Source: a virus. Taken from it: 64,000 bases of DNA. A program made the translations under genes and the position numbers. The DNA lies in the IMG/VR virus record IMGVR_UViG_3300045256_000567; one strand, written 5' to 3'. Shown here piece after piece: positions 29,845-40,426 of this stretch. The notes under the pieces are model-generated. The model saw nothing but the letters and a program-made list of their open reading frames with translations. It was not told where the DNA came from and did not search any database. The stretch's first letter is position 1; each line of letters opens with the position of its first letter.

Positions 29845-30324
29845 ATGTTATTGTCTCCACTAGAAGTACTAATCCTTGTTTCTTCTATAAGTTTCTTTAT
29901 TGTATATGTATATATAGTATATATAAAACATGCCTTTAAAATATTTAGCTCGCATTTTTCTGAATTAAATCATTGTTTTATATGTTTGGGGTTTTGGATC
30001 TCTTTATTTTATTTTGTTTTTTTGAATTATAGAATAGATTATTCAATTGATATATTGAGTAATTTTTTTGCATTTCTTTTTATTATATTAGGTTCTTTGT
30101 ATTCTTATAAAGAAAGCTCTTTGTTTAATTTTGTAAAAGAAAGAAAAATTTTTCCTTTTAATTTAGGTAAATTTGGTTTATTTTTGTCATTATCTTTTCC
30201 TATTTGGATGATTTTAATTTTAATGTTAATAATTAAAACTCCACTTTATATTATTTCTTATTCCGTAGCATCTTCATTTTTTATACTTATATACAAAAAA
30301 ACTTTGGAGGCTCTTGATGGTTAA
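29845..30324 (+). CDS. multi-pass membrane protein (DUF1360-like CxxC-GxW)
   Basis: Several hydrophobic segments; LNHCFICLGFW. Confidence 0.55.
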   Translation: MLLSPLEVLILVSSISFFIVYVYIVYIKHAFKIFSSHFSELNHCFICLGFWISLFYFVFLNYRIDYSIDILSNFFAFLFIILGSLYSYKESSLFNFVKERKIFPFNLGKFGLFLSLSFPIWMILILMLIIKTPLYIISYSVASSFFILIYKKTLEALDG

Positions 30325-30622
30325 TGTAAAAACTGATGAAATAATAAAAACCATAGTACCTTCGCTAAATAAATCAAATACAAATAAAATATTTTTTAAA
30401 AAGTCTTTAACTAGCTTTAATAAATTAAAGAAAATATTAGCAAAAGAGTTAAATTTAGAAGGAGATTATAATTTTTCTTCTATAGGATTTCCTATAAATG
30501 AACTTATTTCAATTCTGTATAATAAGGAAGAGTGGGGAAAAAATGAAGTTAAATTGTTAGATACACAATTTTCAGATTATGTTGTAAAATATCTATTGAA
30601 AAGGGTAGCAGAACTTTTTTAG
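30314..30622 (+). CDS. hypothetical protein
   Basis: Operonic ORF with GGAGG RBS; ATG 30317 is the likely start. Confidence 0.6.
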   Translation: MMVNVKTDEIIKTIVPSLNKSNTNKIFFKKSLTSFNKLKKILAKELNLEGDYNFSSIGFPINELISILYNKEEWGKNEVKLLDTQFSDYVVKYLLKRVAELF

Positions 30623-30630
30623 GTGCAAAA

Positions 30631-30969
30631 ATGGAAACTAAAAAAGAAAATATAAAAGAAGTAAAATTAGTATTGTTTTTATCTAGATCATGCGCTCATT
30701 GTAAAAAACTTATTTCTGAAAATGCAGAATTTATTTTTGATTCAGGAATTGAACAAATATTTTCAGAAGAAGAAAATTTTAAAAATAAATATAAAAAAAT
30801 TCATGACTTTTTTTTAAAAACAAATCCAGAGCTTGCTAAGTATGAATATATAACTCCTGTATTGGGTATTTTTGATAAAAATGATAATGTTGTTCAAGTT
30901 ATACCAGGATATAATTTAGTAAAAGAACAGTTTGATTCCATAAAAAACAAGGTGAAGGTTAGTGAATAA
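30631..30969 (+). CDS. thioredoxin/glutaredoxin-like protein
   Basis: LVLFLSRSCAHCKKL and cis-Pro-like ITPV; same cluster as the RNR. Confidence 0.7.
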   Translation: METKKENIKEVKLVLFLSRSCAHCKKLISENAEFIFDSGIEQIFSEEENFKNKYKKIHDFFLKTNPELAKYEYITPVLGIFDKNDNVVQVIPGYNLVKEQFDSIKNKVKVSE

Positions 30970-31411
30970 ATTATTAGAACTTTATTATAAAAATAATTCT
31001 CAAAAAGATCAAAGTTTAATAATTGATCTTACTAAGTTATCGCGCATAAGCAATGTATCAGAGTATTTTACAATACAAACATATGTAGATGATTATTTAA
31101 TTTCAACTATAACCAATAACGCAGTTTTATCATCTTTAAATTCTTTTGTTTATACAATTGAAAACAAAATTCCCAGCAATTCAGAACTGATTTTAGAGAT
31201 AAACACAATATCAAATGAATATATAGTACATATGTTTGACTTTGGTAATTTCAATATTGTAGAATTTTCAAAAAATTATGAAATCAATATAAAAAATATG
31301 TTAAACTTAGATAAGTTTGTAGTAAATTATATTAGACCGCAAAGTTTAGTTGTAAATGTCTCTGATTTAATTTTAATAAATTATTTATCAAAATCATTAG
31401 ACATACAATAG
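30962..31411 (+). CDS. hypothetical protein
   Basis: Operonic ORF. Confidence 0.6.
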   Translation: MNKLLELYYKNNSQKDQSLIIDLTKLSRISNVSEYFTIQTYVDDYLISTITNNAVLSSLNSFVYTIENKIPSNSELILEINTISNEYIVHMFDFGNFNIVEFSKNYEINIKNMLNLDKFVVNYIRPQSLVVNVSDLILINYLSKSLDIQ

Positions 31412-31417
31412 GTATAT

Positions 31418-32824
31418 ATGCCATATTACTTTACAATAGCGCAAAAAACGGGATCTTCTAACAGATTTTTATGTGTTTCAGATACACCTATAACGGGAAA
31501 TAATTTACCATCTACAGCTACATGCGTTAAATTGCAATCTCAAGGTACAGATGAGGGGTATTGTCCGCCTTCCGGTACCGATTTGCCTAAGAAAAACTAT
31601 ATTACATACGATGCAAGCAATAATTCAATTACCTTATATAAAGCTAATGCTGGGCAAAATTGCTCTGTAAATTATAGTCCTGTTACTATACAGTTAGGTA
31701 AACAGTCTAATTATTTGTATTTTAGAGCTATGATTTTGTACTCATTTTCAATGAAAAATTATAGTGTGGCTCCTTGGGATACATCTACAGCTCCTTCTTC
31801 TGATAGAGCAAAATTAAGCCCGTTTTCTATAGAAGCTTGGTATTTTCAATTTGACTCTTTAGAAGACGCAATTAATTGGAATAATCCTAAAAATTATTAT
31901 TTAACTCCTTTAGCTCCAAATGCAGTAACATCTATTTATTCAAATGGTAGTGAAACACTAGCAAGAGGAGTTGGTTGGGCTAGAGAGCCCTGGTATATTA
32001 ATGTAAGTTCTTACAAAAATACTGGATATACTCCATATGTTAAGGATTTTCAAGATGGCGGCTCAACTGCTTTTCACTCAATTGACGCAAATAACGTTAC
32101 AATGATTAACACCCCAGGAAGTTTGGATGGTATATATACATATGAAGGCGATTTATATAATAATTTATATAATGCATCGGTGACTAATAGGTATTTCTAT
32201 ATACCTCTTTGGCCCCTAATTAATAAAGACGCATCTGTTCCGTCTGATCTTAGAAATGCTATAGATAACTTTAATAAGTTATACATAGCATCTATAGAGC
32301 AAGTATATCCAGACAGAGGAGTAAGTCTAGGGGCACCTTCTTTAGGTGGCGGTGGATATTGGGTTTATTTTTATAACCCTCTTCCAAGTCTTGCTAAATT
32401 AACTAATGTTGGAAATTTCTCATCAGGTGGGGTTTCTGATTATGAAATAAACTATCAATTTAACACCGCATATTTAAGCCCTGGAGGAGACGGAGCATTA
32501 TATAAAATAGATACAGACTGTAATATAATTGTAGGAAGTGATAAAAAATCTAGACTTTTATATCCGACAAACGGATTTGCTGTGCCATATTCTACTTCAA
32601 AATACACAGAAACAAGCTCAAATAGAATTGAACTACATCTAAGACCATTACTTAGATTTGATATAGGCGGTGGTACAGTTAGAGATGTTTCATTATATAC
32701 TGGAATAAGCGTAGTATATGCAATACAATACGGTACATCAAATAATGATGTAATACAAGTACCACCAATATATAATGCTTGCCCACCGAATAACTTTATG
32801 TTTAATGTTTTTAGAAATGTTTAA
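31418..32824 (+). CDS. putative virion / receptor-binding protein
   Basis: 468 aa, S/T/G/N/Y-rich beta-type composition. Confidence 0.5.
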   Translation: MPYYFTIAQKTGSSNRFLCVSDTPITGNNLPSTATCVKLQSQGTDEGYCPPSGTDLPKKNYITYDASNNSITLYKANAGQNCSVNYSPVTIQLGKQSNYLYFRAMILYSFSMKNYSVAPWDTSTAPSSDRAKLSPFSIEAWYFQFDSLEDAINWNNPKNYYLTPLAPNAVTSIYSNGSETLARGVGWAREPWYINVSSYKNTGYTPYVKDFQDGGSTAFHSIDANNVTMINTPGSLDGIYTYEGDLYNNLYNASVTNRYFYIPLWPLINKDASVPSDLRNAIDNFNKLYIASIEQVYPDRGVSLGAPSLGGGGYWVYFYNPLPSLAKLTNVGNFSSGGVSDYEINYQFNTAYLSPGGDGALYKIDTDCNIIVGSDKKSRLLYPTNGFAVPYSTSKYTETSSNRIELHLRPLLRFDIGGGTVRDVSLYTGISVVYAIQYGTSNNDVIQVPPIYNACPPNNFMFNVFRNV

Positions 32825-32866
32825 AAATAGTTACTCAAAAAATTTTTGTAAAATACTTTACACACC

Positions 32867-33646
32867 ATGTCAGTTTGTTATATAACACAACAAGAAATTT
32901 ATAACTCATCTATTTTTAACGATAGATTAGACGTTCTACTAGCAGAATCTTCATTAACTTTAGAACAAGATTTAAATTTTATAAGAAGCGTTATTCTAGA
33001 TGTTTTTGGACAAGATAAACAAGACCCAAATGTTAAATGGTATAAAGTTCCTTTTTACAATTTAACATTTATTTATAATAGCTATCTTCAATTAAAATCA
33101 GATTTTGAAGTTGAACATTACTCGACAGATAATGATCCCGCGAATCATGGAAAACATAAAAATGTTACTGCAACAGGAAATTTAGATGTTTATGGTACTG
33201 GTATTGTTAGACAAAACTTTACTGTTTTAACTAGCCTTTCCGTAGGAACAGATGCTACTATAACTAATAATATAAATGCAGGTGGTAATGGAAATATAGG
33301 GTTGGATTTATCGGTTGGTAGAGATTTAAATGTAGGTAGAAATTCTTCGTTACAAGGAACATTAACTGTTTCTGGAGTAACAAATTTAAATAACAATACA
33401 AATGTAACCGGTACTTTATCAGTTAATGGACCAATAAATGGAAGTTCTACATTAACTATAACTGGAAATATAAATGGAAACAGCAATTTAAATATATCAG
33501 GAGACTCAACAATAAATGGAAATTTATCAGTTTTAGGTACGTCAAATTTAAATAATTTAAATGTAAGTAATACAGCAAACTTTAATGGAAATGTTGTAAT
33601 GCAAACAAATCCATATATAATATTTAATCAAATATCTAGCTTCTAG
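32867..33646 (+). CDS. tail fibre/spike-like protein with beta-helix repeats
   Basis: Repeats such as GTLTVSG, GTLSVNG and GNLSVLG. Confidence 0.6.
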   Translation: MSVCYITQQEIYNSSIFNDRLDVLLAESSLTLEQDLNFIRSVILDVFGQDKQDPNVKWYKVPFYNLTFIYNSYLQLKSDFEVEHYSTDNDPANHGKHKNVTATGNLDVYGTGIVRQNFTVLTSLSVGTDATITNNINAGGNGNIGLDLSVGRDLNVGRNSSLQGTLTVSGVTNLNNNTNVTGTLSVNGPINGSSTLTITGNINGNSNLNISGDSTINGNLSVLGTSNLNNLNVSNTANFNGNVVMQTNPYIIFNQISSF

Positions 33647-33650
33647 AATT

Positions 33651-34220
33651 ATGTTAGAAATCAAAAATAAAAAAATATTAGAATATATAAAAGAAAAATT
33701 ATCTATAAATATTGATAAGTTTTCTAGAACTTTCTCATATGAAGACAGATGGTTATATAGTGATGGTATCATCCTACCACATTTAAGACAAGATGATAAT
33801 AATTTCTACTCGTTTGTTGATGAAAAAATTATAACTACTGATAAAGATTTAAAAAACGGAAAAATTTATTTTATTGGGGAACCAGAAGGTGTTTTTAAAA
33901 ATTCAAAACAAGAATTATTTCTTCTTAGACTTGCAAAAGAATTTTGTTATGTAAACTACGCCATAGTATTAAAAAATAAAGAATTTTATGGAGTTTTCAT
34001 AGCAGACGATGAATGCTATATAGCTAATCAAATTGTGAGATTTTTTTATGAGGATTATAAACTCACTAAAAATGCCCTAAAAATACTAAAAGATGATATA
34101 CATAATTTAGATTTATTCAAACAAAAACTAATCCATATCATTAAGTTATCAATAGATGACATGAACGAAGATCTTACTGAAAAAATCTATAGTTTATTAA
34201 AAAATATAGCTAATGCCTAG
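33651..34220 (+). CDS. hypothetical protein
   Basis: Operonic ORF. Confidence 0.6.
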   Translation: MLEIKNKKILEYIKEKLSINIDKFSRTFSYEDRWLYSDGIILPHLRQDDNNFYSFVDEKIITTDKDLKNGKIYFIGEPEGVFKNSKQELFLLRLAKEFCYVNYAIVLKNKEFYGVFIADDECYIANQIVRFFYEDYKLTKNALKILKDDIHNLDLFKQKLIHIIKLSIDDMNEDLTEKIYSLLKNIANA

Positions 34221-34704
34221 ATGGAATTCTTTACAAATAGTTAACACATATATACAGAGAGACAATGTACTTTCTGTATTCGATCCATATAAGGGACAAC
34301 TAAACTTTAAAAATCAGCAACAAACTTTACCCAATGATATCAGACTAAATTATGATGGAGATATAGATTTTAATGATAGTGATTTAATTTTTGTATATAA
34401 CTTAGAAGCTTTTGTGCAAAGATTATATTTTTATTTAATAACCCCTAGAGGAACATTACCAGGATTTCCAAATTTTGGTACAAATATTGAATTTTTTATT
34501 GGAAAAATGAATAATCAAATAGATTTAAATGCTCTAGTTAGACTGATGAATAGTAATTTGGAAGAATTTGAAGACATTGAATACGTAAATGATATAACAG
34601 CTTCTTTAATAAGAGAAAATCAATCTTATTACATAAAAATTAATTTGGATATTAAGCCTAGAAATTTTGAATATAAACTAATACTTGATATGCAGGTTTT
34701 TTAA
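34213..34704 (+). CDS. baseplate wedge subunit, gp25-like
   Basis: DGDIDF...QRLYFYLITPRGTLPGFPNFGTNI. Confidence 0.75.
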   Translation: MPRWNSLQIVNTYIQRDNVLSVFDPYKGQLNFKNQQQTLPNDIRLNYDGDIDFNDSDLIFVYNLEAFVQRLYFYLITPRGTLPGFPNFGTNIEFFIGKMNNQIDLNALVRLMNSNLEEFEDIEYVNDITASLIRENQSYYIKINLDIKPRNFEYKLILDMQVF

Positions 34705-35078
34705 TTTCTTTTGCAAGTATCTAAAGTTTCTGAAAGAAAAAAGTTTTCTGTTTTTGTTTTTGTTTCTACGGCAAGCCAAAAAATTTCATCTGATATTTTT
34801 TCTTTTTTGACAAATTTAAAAATTGCCCCCCCATCATACCAAGAAAAAGTATCACCTTCGTTTAAGCACTCAAAACCCTCATAAGGAAATTCAATAAACT
34901 TTCTATTATTTTCTATATCAAATTCTTTCATTTTATTTATAATAAATCTTCTTAGAGTAGAATAAGGTAAATTAAATTGTTGAGATAATTCAAAATAATT
35001 TGTGCTTTTATTTTGAACGTACAATTCAAATGCCTTTTCTAGTAAGATAATTTTATCTTTTGAAATTTTTCTCGGCAT
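34701..35078 (-). CDS. HTH-containing protein
   Basis: Likely start MPRK at 35078; YFELSQQFNLPYSTLRRF. Confidence 0.55.
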   Translation of the reverse strand: MPRKISKDKIILLEKAFELYVQNKSTNYFELSQQFNLPYSTLRRFIINKMKEFDIENNRKFIEFPYEGFECLNEGDTFSWYDGGAIFKFVKKEKISDEIFWLAVETKTKTENFFLSETLDTCKRN

Positions 35079-35658
35079 AAGATTCGAATTCTTTTGGGTT
35101 AAGTGTTTGTATATCATCATCAAGTTTTAAGAATTTAGTTTTATCTCCATAATTATTAATTATGAAGAATATTTTGTTAATTAATCTGTTTTTTTCCTTT
35201 TCTCTATTTAATGTTGCTTCTATTTCTTTGTTTTTTATTGGAAATGATTCTTGTGATTTATTTTCCCCATTGTTAAATTCATACTTTTCGCATAAAGAAT
35301 TTTTTTCTATATAATCGTTGAATTCTGTAAAATATAAAGTTTTTACTTTATCAGGTAAACTGTCAAATGTTTTAGTATTCTTACAGTGAGTATAAAAATA
35401 TGATTTATTTTGCAAAAAGTTTGTTTCATTGTTTTTTGTTGAATCAATATTTTCATTTTTTATATTATTGTTGACTTTATTTTCTTGATTAGAATTATTG
35501 TCTTTAACAGAATCGTTTTTAGGTTGTTCTTCAGCTTTGCTGTTTATTATAGCGCCATCACTTTTATGTTGAACATTTAAGTCTTTAAATATTGAAAAAA
35601 GCTTTAGTAAAGAAAATATTAATGCAACAATTTGTCCTATAATATTAATTATTAACAT
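35053..35658 (-). CDS. membrane-anchored hypothetical protein
   Basis: Hydrophobic N-terminus followed by an Asn/Lys-rich linker. Confidence 0.6.
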   Translation of the reverse strand: MLIINIIGQIVALIFSLLKLFSIFKDLNVQHKSDGAIINSKAEEQPKNDSVKDNNSNQENKVNNNIKNENIDSTKNNETNFLQNKSYFYTHCKNTKTFDSLPDKVKTLYFTEFNDYIEKNSLCEKYEFNNGENKSQESFPIKNKEIEATLNREKEKNRLINKIFFIINNYGDKTKFLKLDDDIQTLNPKEFESYAEKNFKR

Positions 35659-35688
35659 ATATATTTAATTATATCAAAAAATTTTGTT

Positions 35689-35710
35689 TTTTTGCAAACT
35701 GTTCTATAAT
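35689..35710 (+). promoter_or_regulatory. degenerate promoter motif copy upstream of the terminase cluster
   Basis: TTTTTGCAAACTGTTCTATAAT, 6 nt before in-frame GTG 35717. Confidence 0.5.
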
Positions 35711-35716
35711 AAAGTA

Positions 35717-35986
35717 GTGGAAAAACCAATAAAAGTTTTTTATATAGATAGTATAATAAGCAACAAAAAAAGAATAAAATATGTTGCTTTAGAAGGTCTT
35801 TGTGCTGATATAGAAAATGAATATGTAATAAAGTGCAGGGATGATATAGAAAGCATAATGAATTATAAAGATCATGTAATATCAAGCCCATTTACTCCAG
35901 ATAAAACAATTTTAGAGTTTTTAAAAAAATTAAAAATTTTGAGAGAAGGGTTTGATGATAAAGAAATAATTGAAAAATTTATTTAA
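35717..35986 (+). CDS. hypothetical protein
   Basis: Start moved to GTG 35717 (leaderless geometry). Confidence 0.55.
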   Translation: MEKPIKVFYIDSIISNKKRIKYVALEGLCADIENEYVIKCRDDIESIMNYKDHVISSPFTPDKTILEFLKKLKILREGFDDKEIIEKFI

Positions 35987-36014
35987 AAAATTGTTTTTAT
36001 GTTAAAATTATAAT

Positions 36015-36800
36015 GTGGACAAAATTAATCTAGCTGAATTTAAATCTTTAGATAAAGAAAATCTAAAAGAATCTATATTAGAGTTTTCATCTTTAGAAGA
36101 AACACAAAAAAGGCATAGATCTCTTTCACAAAAAGATATAATTACTCTTGTTTTAGAAGATTATACAATAAATAACTTAAGCATATCAGAAATATCAAAA
36201 AGACACTCTGTTTCTACTAGTATAATACATAAGCTGTTAACAGATTTTTATCTTTGGTATTTTGATGATGACAAATTACAAGAACTTATATTCGTAGAAC
36301 CTAGTTCTCATTTAGGAGTTTTATATTCTTTTTTTAATTCTGTGTCTCTTCTTTCCAAAGAAATCGCCTTTAACGCAGCATTTTCTAAAAAATTAAGAGA
36401 AGAAATTGCTAAGTCTCTAACAGAAAATGGTTTAGATAAAACTATAGATAATAAAAAATTAATGTATGCTTGGAGAGATAGTATAAGAAGAAATGAAATT
36501 TTGCTAAAATTGGCTGTAGAACAAACAAATGCATATTTATCTTTAATGGAGAAGGTTCTTGATAAGCAAAGAGAAGTAGCTTTTGTAAAAGCTATTTACG
36601 AAATTATGACAGATCTAGATCCTTCTGTTGCTGTAAAATTGTATGAAAAGCTAAATCAAGATGAATATGCAAGAGCATTATTAGAATCAACATCTTTAGA
36701 TGATTTTGTAAATTTTGTTGTTCAGGTAGCTAAAAGAAAAAATAAAATTCTTGAAGACAGAAAGGAGATCATAGATATAGATGTCAAAGAAACAGAATAA
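36015..36800 (+). CDS. putative terminase small subunit
   Basis: N-terminal HTH (LSISEISKRHSVSTSIIHKLL), helical body, overlaps the terL start. Confidence 0.55.
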   Translation: MDKINLAEFKSLDKENLKESILEFSSLEETQKRHRSLSQKDIITLVLEDYTINNLSISEISKRHSVSTSIIHKLLTDFYLWYFDDDKLQELIFVEPSSHLGVLYSFFNSVSLLSKEIAFNAAFSKKLREEIAKSLTENGLDKTIDNKKLMYAWRDSIRRNEILLKLAVEQTNAYLSLMEKVLDKQREVAFVKAIYEIMTDLDPSVAVKLYEKLNQDEYARALLESTSLDDFVNFVVQVAKRKNKILEDRKEIIDIDVKETE

Positions 36801-38643
36801 TAATTTAGACTTGGTAAACGATCTAAAGTCTATTTTAGAAAGAAAAACTTATGAAGCAGTAGATAATTCTGTATTACCGGGGTCCTCATTATATGAGGTA
36901 GAGCCTGTAGATATTTTAACTTTTGTTGAAAGTAAAGATTATTTAGGAATAAATCTTTATGGTCTTTCAAATCCGCAAAGAAAAGTATTAGAAATAGCCG
37001 ATAATTTTGAAAATTTAATAAATTATATAATACTTTGGGTAGGAAAGGGTGGCGGAAAAGATTTTATTACAAGAGTAATTTTTATGAGGCTTGTTTATAA
37101 ATTGCTTTGTATGAGAAATCCTCACAAATTCTTTGGTATACCTAGTTCCGAAATAATAACATTTCTTAATGTTGCTGCTTCTGCTGACCAAGCAACATCT
37201 GTATTTTTTGATCCTCTAAAAAATTATATAAGAAGTGCAGGATCTAAAGCATTTTTACAATTTGGATTTGACCCCTCTAAGGATATAAAAGATAGGTATA
37301 TAGTATTTCCAAAAAATATTCATCTTGTTTCTGGTCACAGTGAATCTGATTCTCTAGAAGGTAAAAATATTTTAGTTGGTGTAGTAGACGAAATTGATGC
37401 AGATACTTTTAGAAATCCCGATAAGATGTGGACTATGCTTCGCTCGTCATCTCGATCAAGATTTAATGGTAAAGAAAAAATTTTTGCTATTTCTTATATG
37501 CGTTATTCTGGTTCTAATGGAATGATAAAAAAGCTTCATAATGATTATGAAAAAGATAAAAATGCCTTTGTTGCAAAATACCCGACTTGGGAATTCAATC
37601 CAAGAAATGATATTACAAAAGATACCTTTAGAACTGAATTTGAAAGAAATCCAGTAGAAGCGGAAACAATTTATGCCTGTAATCCTCCTGAACAAGCTAT
37701 TGATGCTTGGTTTAAAGATGTAGATAGGTTAAAAAAAGCTCTAAAGTCTCAAGAATTTCATCCTCTTGATTTTTCTCTACCTTCTGATGATTTTTATAAA
37801 AACCCTAAAAGCGAGTCAATTACATACAAAAACGGAGAATATATAACATTAAATCCATATGATCTTCCATTTAAACAAAATTTTGTCGGCAAAGAAGGAG
37901 TTGATTATGTTTTAGTAGCAGACCCAGGTTTAGGAAGAGTATCTACAGAAGGGGATGCTTACGCAATTGCTTTAGGTCACCGTGAATACTATTATTCAAG
38001 AGAAGGAAAACTTATAAATAGACCAGTAATAGATTTCGTTTTTAGATTTACTGGATATATGTTTAGCGAAGAAGAAATTCAAATATCAGCAGTACATAAT
38101 TTAATAGAAAAACTAACAGATAAACTAAATTTTAAAATAAAGTATTTTTTCTTTGATATTTACAATTCTGCGTCCACCGCCCAATGGTTGCAAAGGAAAT
38201 ATACTGACTCAAAGGTTATATATAACAAATATGTTACTTATGAAAACTACTCTTTATTAAGAGAAAGAATTTTTGGGGAAGCAGCGTCAGTTTCTGGAGA
38301 TAAATTAGATAATGGAGGAATTAGTTTATACTATCACCCAATACTTTATTGGGAAATGATAAATTTAATAGAAGATAGAGAAAAGAAAAAGGTTGACCAC
38401 AAACCTGATACATCAAAAGATATGGCCGATACAGTTGCAATATTGACAAATTTGCTAGTAAATTTGCCTTTGAACACAATTTCAATAGTAGGAGCACCAA
38501 GAGGATTAATTAACGATATATCTAACCCAAATAATATATCTTTAACTAAATTTTTGTCTTCAGAATTAAATCAAATTGTAAAAGAGGAGGAATCCAAGTT
38601 TGCAAAAAAACTATTTGGAACAACATCAGTGACTGAGAATTAA
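36781..38643 (+). CDS. terL: terminase large subunit
   Basis: Walker A GKGGGKD, Walker B VGVVDE, nuclease acidic motifs LVADPG and SKDMAD. Confidence 0.9.
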   Translation: MSKKQNNNLDLVNDLKSILERKTYEAVDNSVLPGSSLYEVEPVDILTFVESKDYLGINLYGLSNPQRKVLEIADNFENLINYIILWVGKGGGKDFITRVIFMRLVYKLLCMRNPHKFFGIPSSEIITFLNVAASADQATSVFFDPLKNYIRSAGSKAFLQFGFDPSKDIKDRYIVFPKNIHLVSGHSESDSLEGKNILVGVVDEIDADTFRNPDKMWTMLRSSSRSRFNGKEKIFAISYMRYSGSNGMIKKLHNDYEKDKNAFVAKYPTWEFNPRNDITKDTFRTEFERNPVEAETIYACNPPEQAIDAWFKDVDRLKKALKSQEFHPLDFSLPSDDFYKNPKSESITYKNGEYITLNPYDLPFKQNFVGKEGVDYVLVADPGLGRVSTEGDAYAIALGHREYYYSREGKLINRPVIDFVFRFTGYMFSEEEIQISAVHNLIEKLTDKLNFKIKYFFFDIYNSASTAQWLQRKYTDSKVIYNKYVTYENYSLLRERIFGEAASVSGDKLDNGGISLYYHPILYWEMINLIEDREKKKVDHKPDTSKDMADTVAILTNLLVNLPLNTISIVGAPRGLINDISNPNNISLTKFLSSELNQIVKEEESKFAKKLFGTTSVTEN

Positions 38644-38937
38644 TTTTTCTCGCAAAAACTTTTCTAAAATATCAGAATAAAAAGTTTCCTTTCCATTTGT
38701 CGTTACTATAGTAATCTTATTTTTATTATTTAATTCTTCATTTATTTTGTCTTTTATTTTTTCAAAAGCCGCCTCTAATAACTGTAAAAAATCATTTTCT
38801 AACGGTTCTTTTTTATATAAATTTCTTAAATGTGACCCAAGAGTATTTTTGTTATTTAAAAGACCGCCAAAAGAAGATAAATTAAAGTTAATGCTAGACT
38901 TGTTAGTCTCACTATTTATAGTTATTTCATTTTCCAT
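38626..38937 (-). CDS. hypothetical protein
   Basis: ORF at the end of the sheath/tube operon. Confidence 0.6.
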   Translation of the reverse strand: MENEITINSETNKSSINFNLSSFGGLLNNKNTLGSHLRNLYKKEPLENDFLQLLEAAFEKIKDKINEELNNKNKITIVTTNGKETFYSDILEKFLREKLILSH

Positions 38938-38970
38938 ATTTTTATCGAGGTTTTAGAAAACCAAAACAAA

Positions 38971-39741
38971 CTACTTTCTATTAACGTAAGTATAACCAAA
39001 GCTAGGACCAGTCTCAAAGTACTCGCTAATAGATTGGAACCACCCTGTTCTAGGTAATGGTTTTGCTACAGCAGTAATATCCTCCATAATTATAGCATTA
39101 TCAGCAGAGAATGCAACATTGAAGTCTCTTATCATAGCAACATACAATCCAGTATTTCTGCTAATTTGATCTATAATTTTATCCTTTAGCGCGACAATAA
39201 ACAAAAATGGGGGTACAAAAGTTTCATTATATTCAAATTCTCTGGAAGAAATAAAACTAGTAACAGTAGAGTCATTTAAAAAATCCGTAGGAATTTCTAC
39301 AGGTCCGCCTAAAGATCTTAGTGAATATCTTCTTACCCCACTAACACTTCCGCTTTCATAAAAATATGTTTTAGGGTTATATGCAACTAATGCGTTAAGG
39401 CTGAAGGTACCACTTTTAAAAGATTGTAACAATATAGTTGCTCTATCCATTGAAATAGTACCTTCATAGAATCCAGGAACAAAAATAGGTGCAGGATTTC
39501 CTATAACAGTTGTACTTCTTGATCCAAAAGACTCGCTAATTCTTAAATTTGTAGCAAGTCCGATTTTTTCTACTTCAGCTTTATAATTTCTTCCTTCTGG
39601 ATCTGAAAAATCTATCTTTTGATTATTTAAAAAATCAGGGGTATCAGTTCCATATTCTCCTTTTGTATTAGTGTTATTCTGTGTTTTAACTCCAATTATA
39701 TATAACTCTGCAAATTGTGATGTTTTAATAGGAACTGCCAT
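38971..39741 (-). CDS. tail tube-like protein 2
   Basis: Downstream of sheath; IGLATNLRISESFG...IG...YEGTISMDR; GGAGG RBS. Confidence 0.6.
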   Translation of the reverse strand: MAVPIKTSQFAELYIIGVKTQNNTNTKGEYGTDTPDFLNNQKIDFSDPEGRNYKAEVEKIGLATNLRISESFGSRSTTVIGNPAPIFVPGFYEGTISMDRATILLQSFKSGTFSLNALVAYNPKTYFYESGSVSGVRRYSLRSLGGPVEIPTDFLNDSTVTSFISSREFEYNETFVPPFLFIVALKDKIIDQISRNTGLYVAMIRDFNVAFSADNAIIMEDITAVAKPLPRTGWFQSISEYFETGPSFGYTYVNRK

Positions 39742-39752
39742 ATATCCTCCTG

Positions 39753-40409
39753 TTAAGGTTTAACTATCTCTTTCAGGGTTTCTGCTAATACTTTTAGTAG
39801 CCCTCGTATGTTTACAAGCTTACCGGTTCCTCTTACATCAGTCATTATCATAGTGTCTGTTCCGCTTATTCTGATTGAATACTCTGCTGGCATAAATGCA
39901 AACAAACTTCTTTGTATTAGTCTTGTTGCAGCATTACGTGGGTCAGGAGGAAATTCTACAGAAGTTATATATAAAAATGTATAAAATGGATAATCTAAAA
40001 CCATTCTAGCTTTTGGTATGTTATTAAAAAAGCTTTCTACAGTATTTTGAATTTTTGGAACATACCAATAATCAGGTAATGTAGTGAAATCCCTTACAGA
40101 TAGAGTATCTAATGTCATTCTTGACATTGATATAGTTGCAGAATAATTATTTGGCACCACGATAGGGTTAGTTGGTTCGCCAATCCCCCATATTGGTCTG
40201 GATTCATAACTTTCACTTACTGAAACATCATTTGCAAGTCCAACCGTTTTGAACAGTTTAAAATTATCCGATAGTGCTCCATAGATAAGTTCAGGATTAC
40301 TTAGAATATTAACTATATTATTTAAAGCGTCCTCTATGGAGCTATTTTCTAATAAAGTATTAAAACTTAATGTTTTAATGCTAGCGTATGGACTAAATCT
40401 TGGTGTCAT
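39753..40409 (-). CDS. tail tube-like protein 1
   Basis: Directly after sheath; VGLANDVSVSESYE...IG...YSATISMSR. Confidence 0.65.
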   Translation of the reverse strand: MTPRFSPYASIKTLSFNTLLENSSIEDALNNIVNILSNPELIYGALSDNFKLFKTVGLANDVSVSESYESRPIWGIGEPTNPIVVPNNYSATISMSRMTLDTLSVRDFTTLPDYWYVPKIQNTVESFFNNIPKARMVLDYPFYTFLYITSVEFPPDPRNAATRLIQRSLFAFMPAEYSIRISGTDTMIMTDVRGTGKLVNIRGLLKVLAETLKEIVKP

Positions 40410-40426
40410 GTTTCCTCCATATTATT

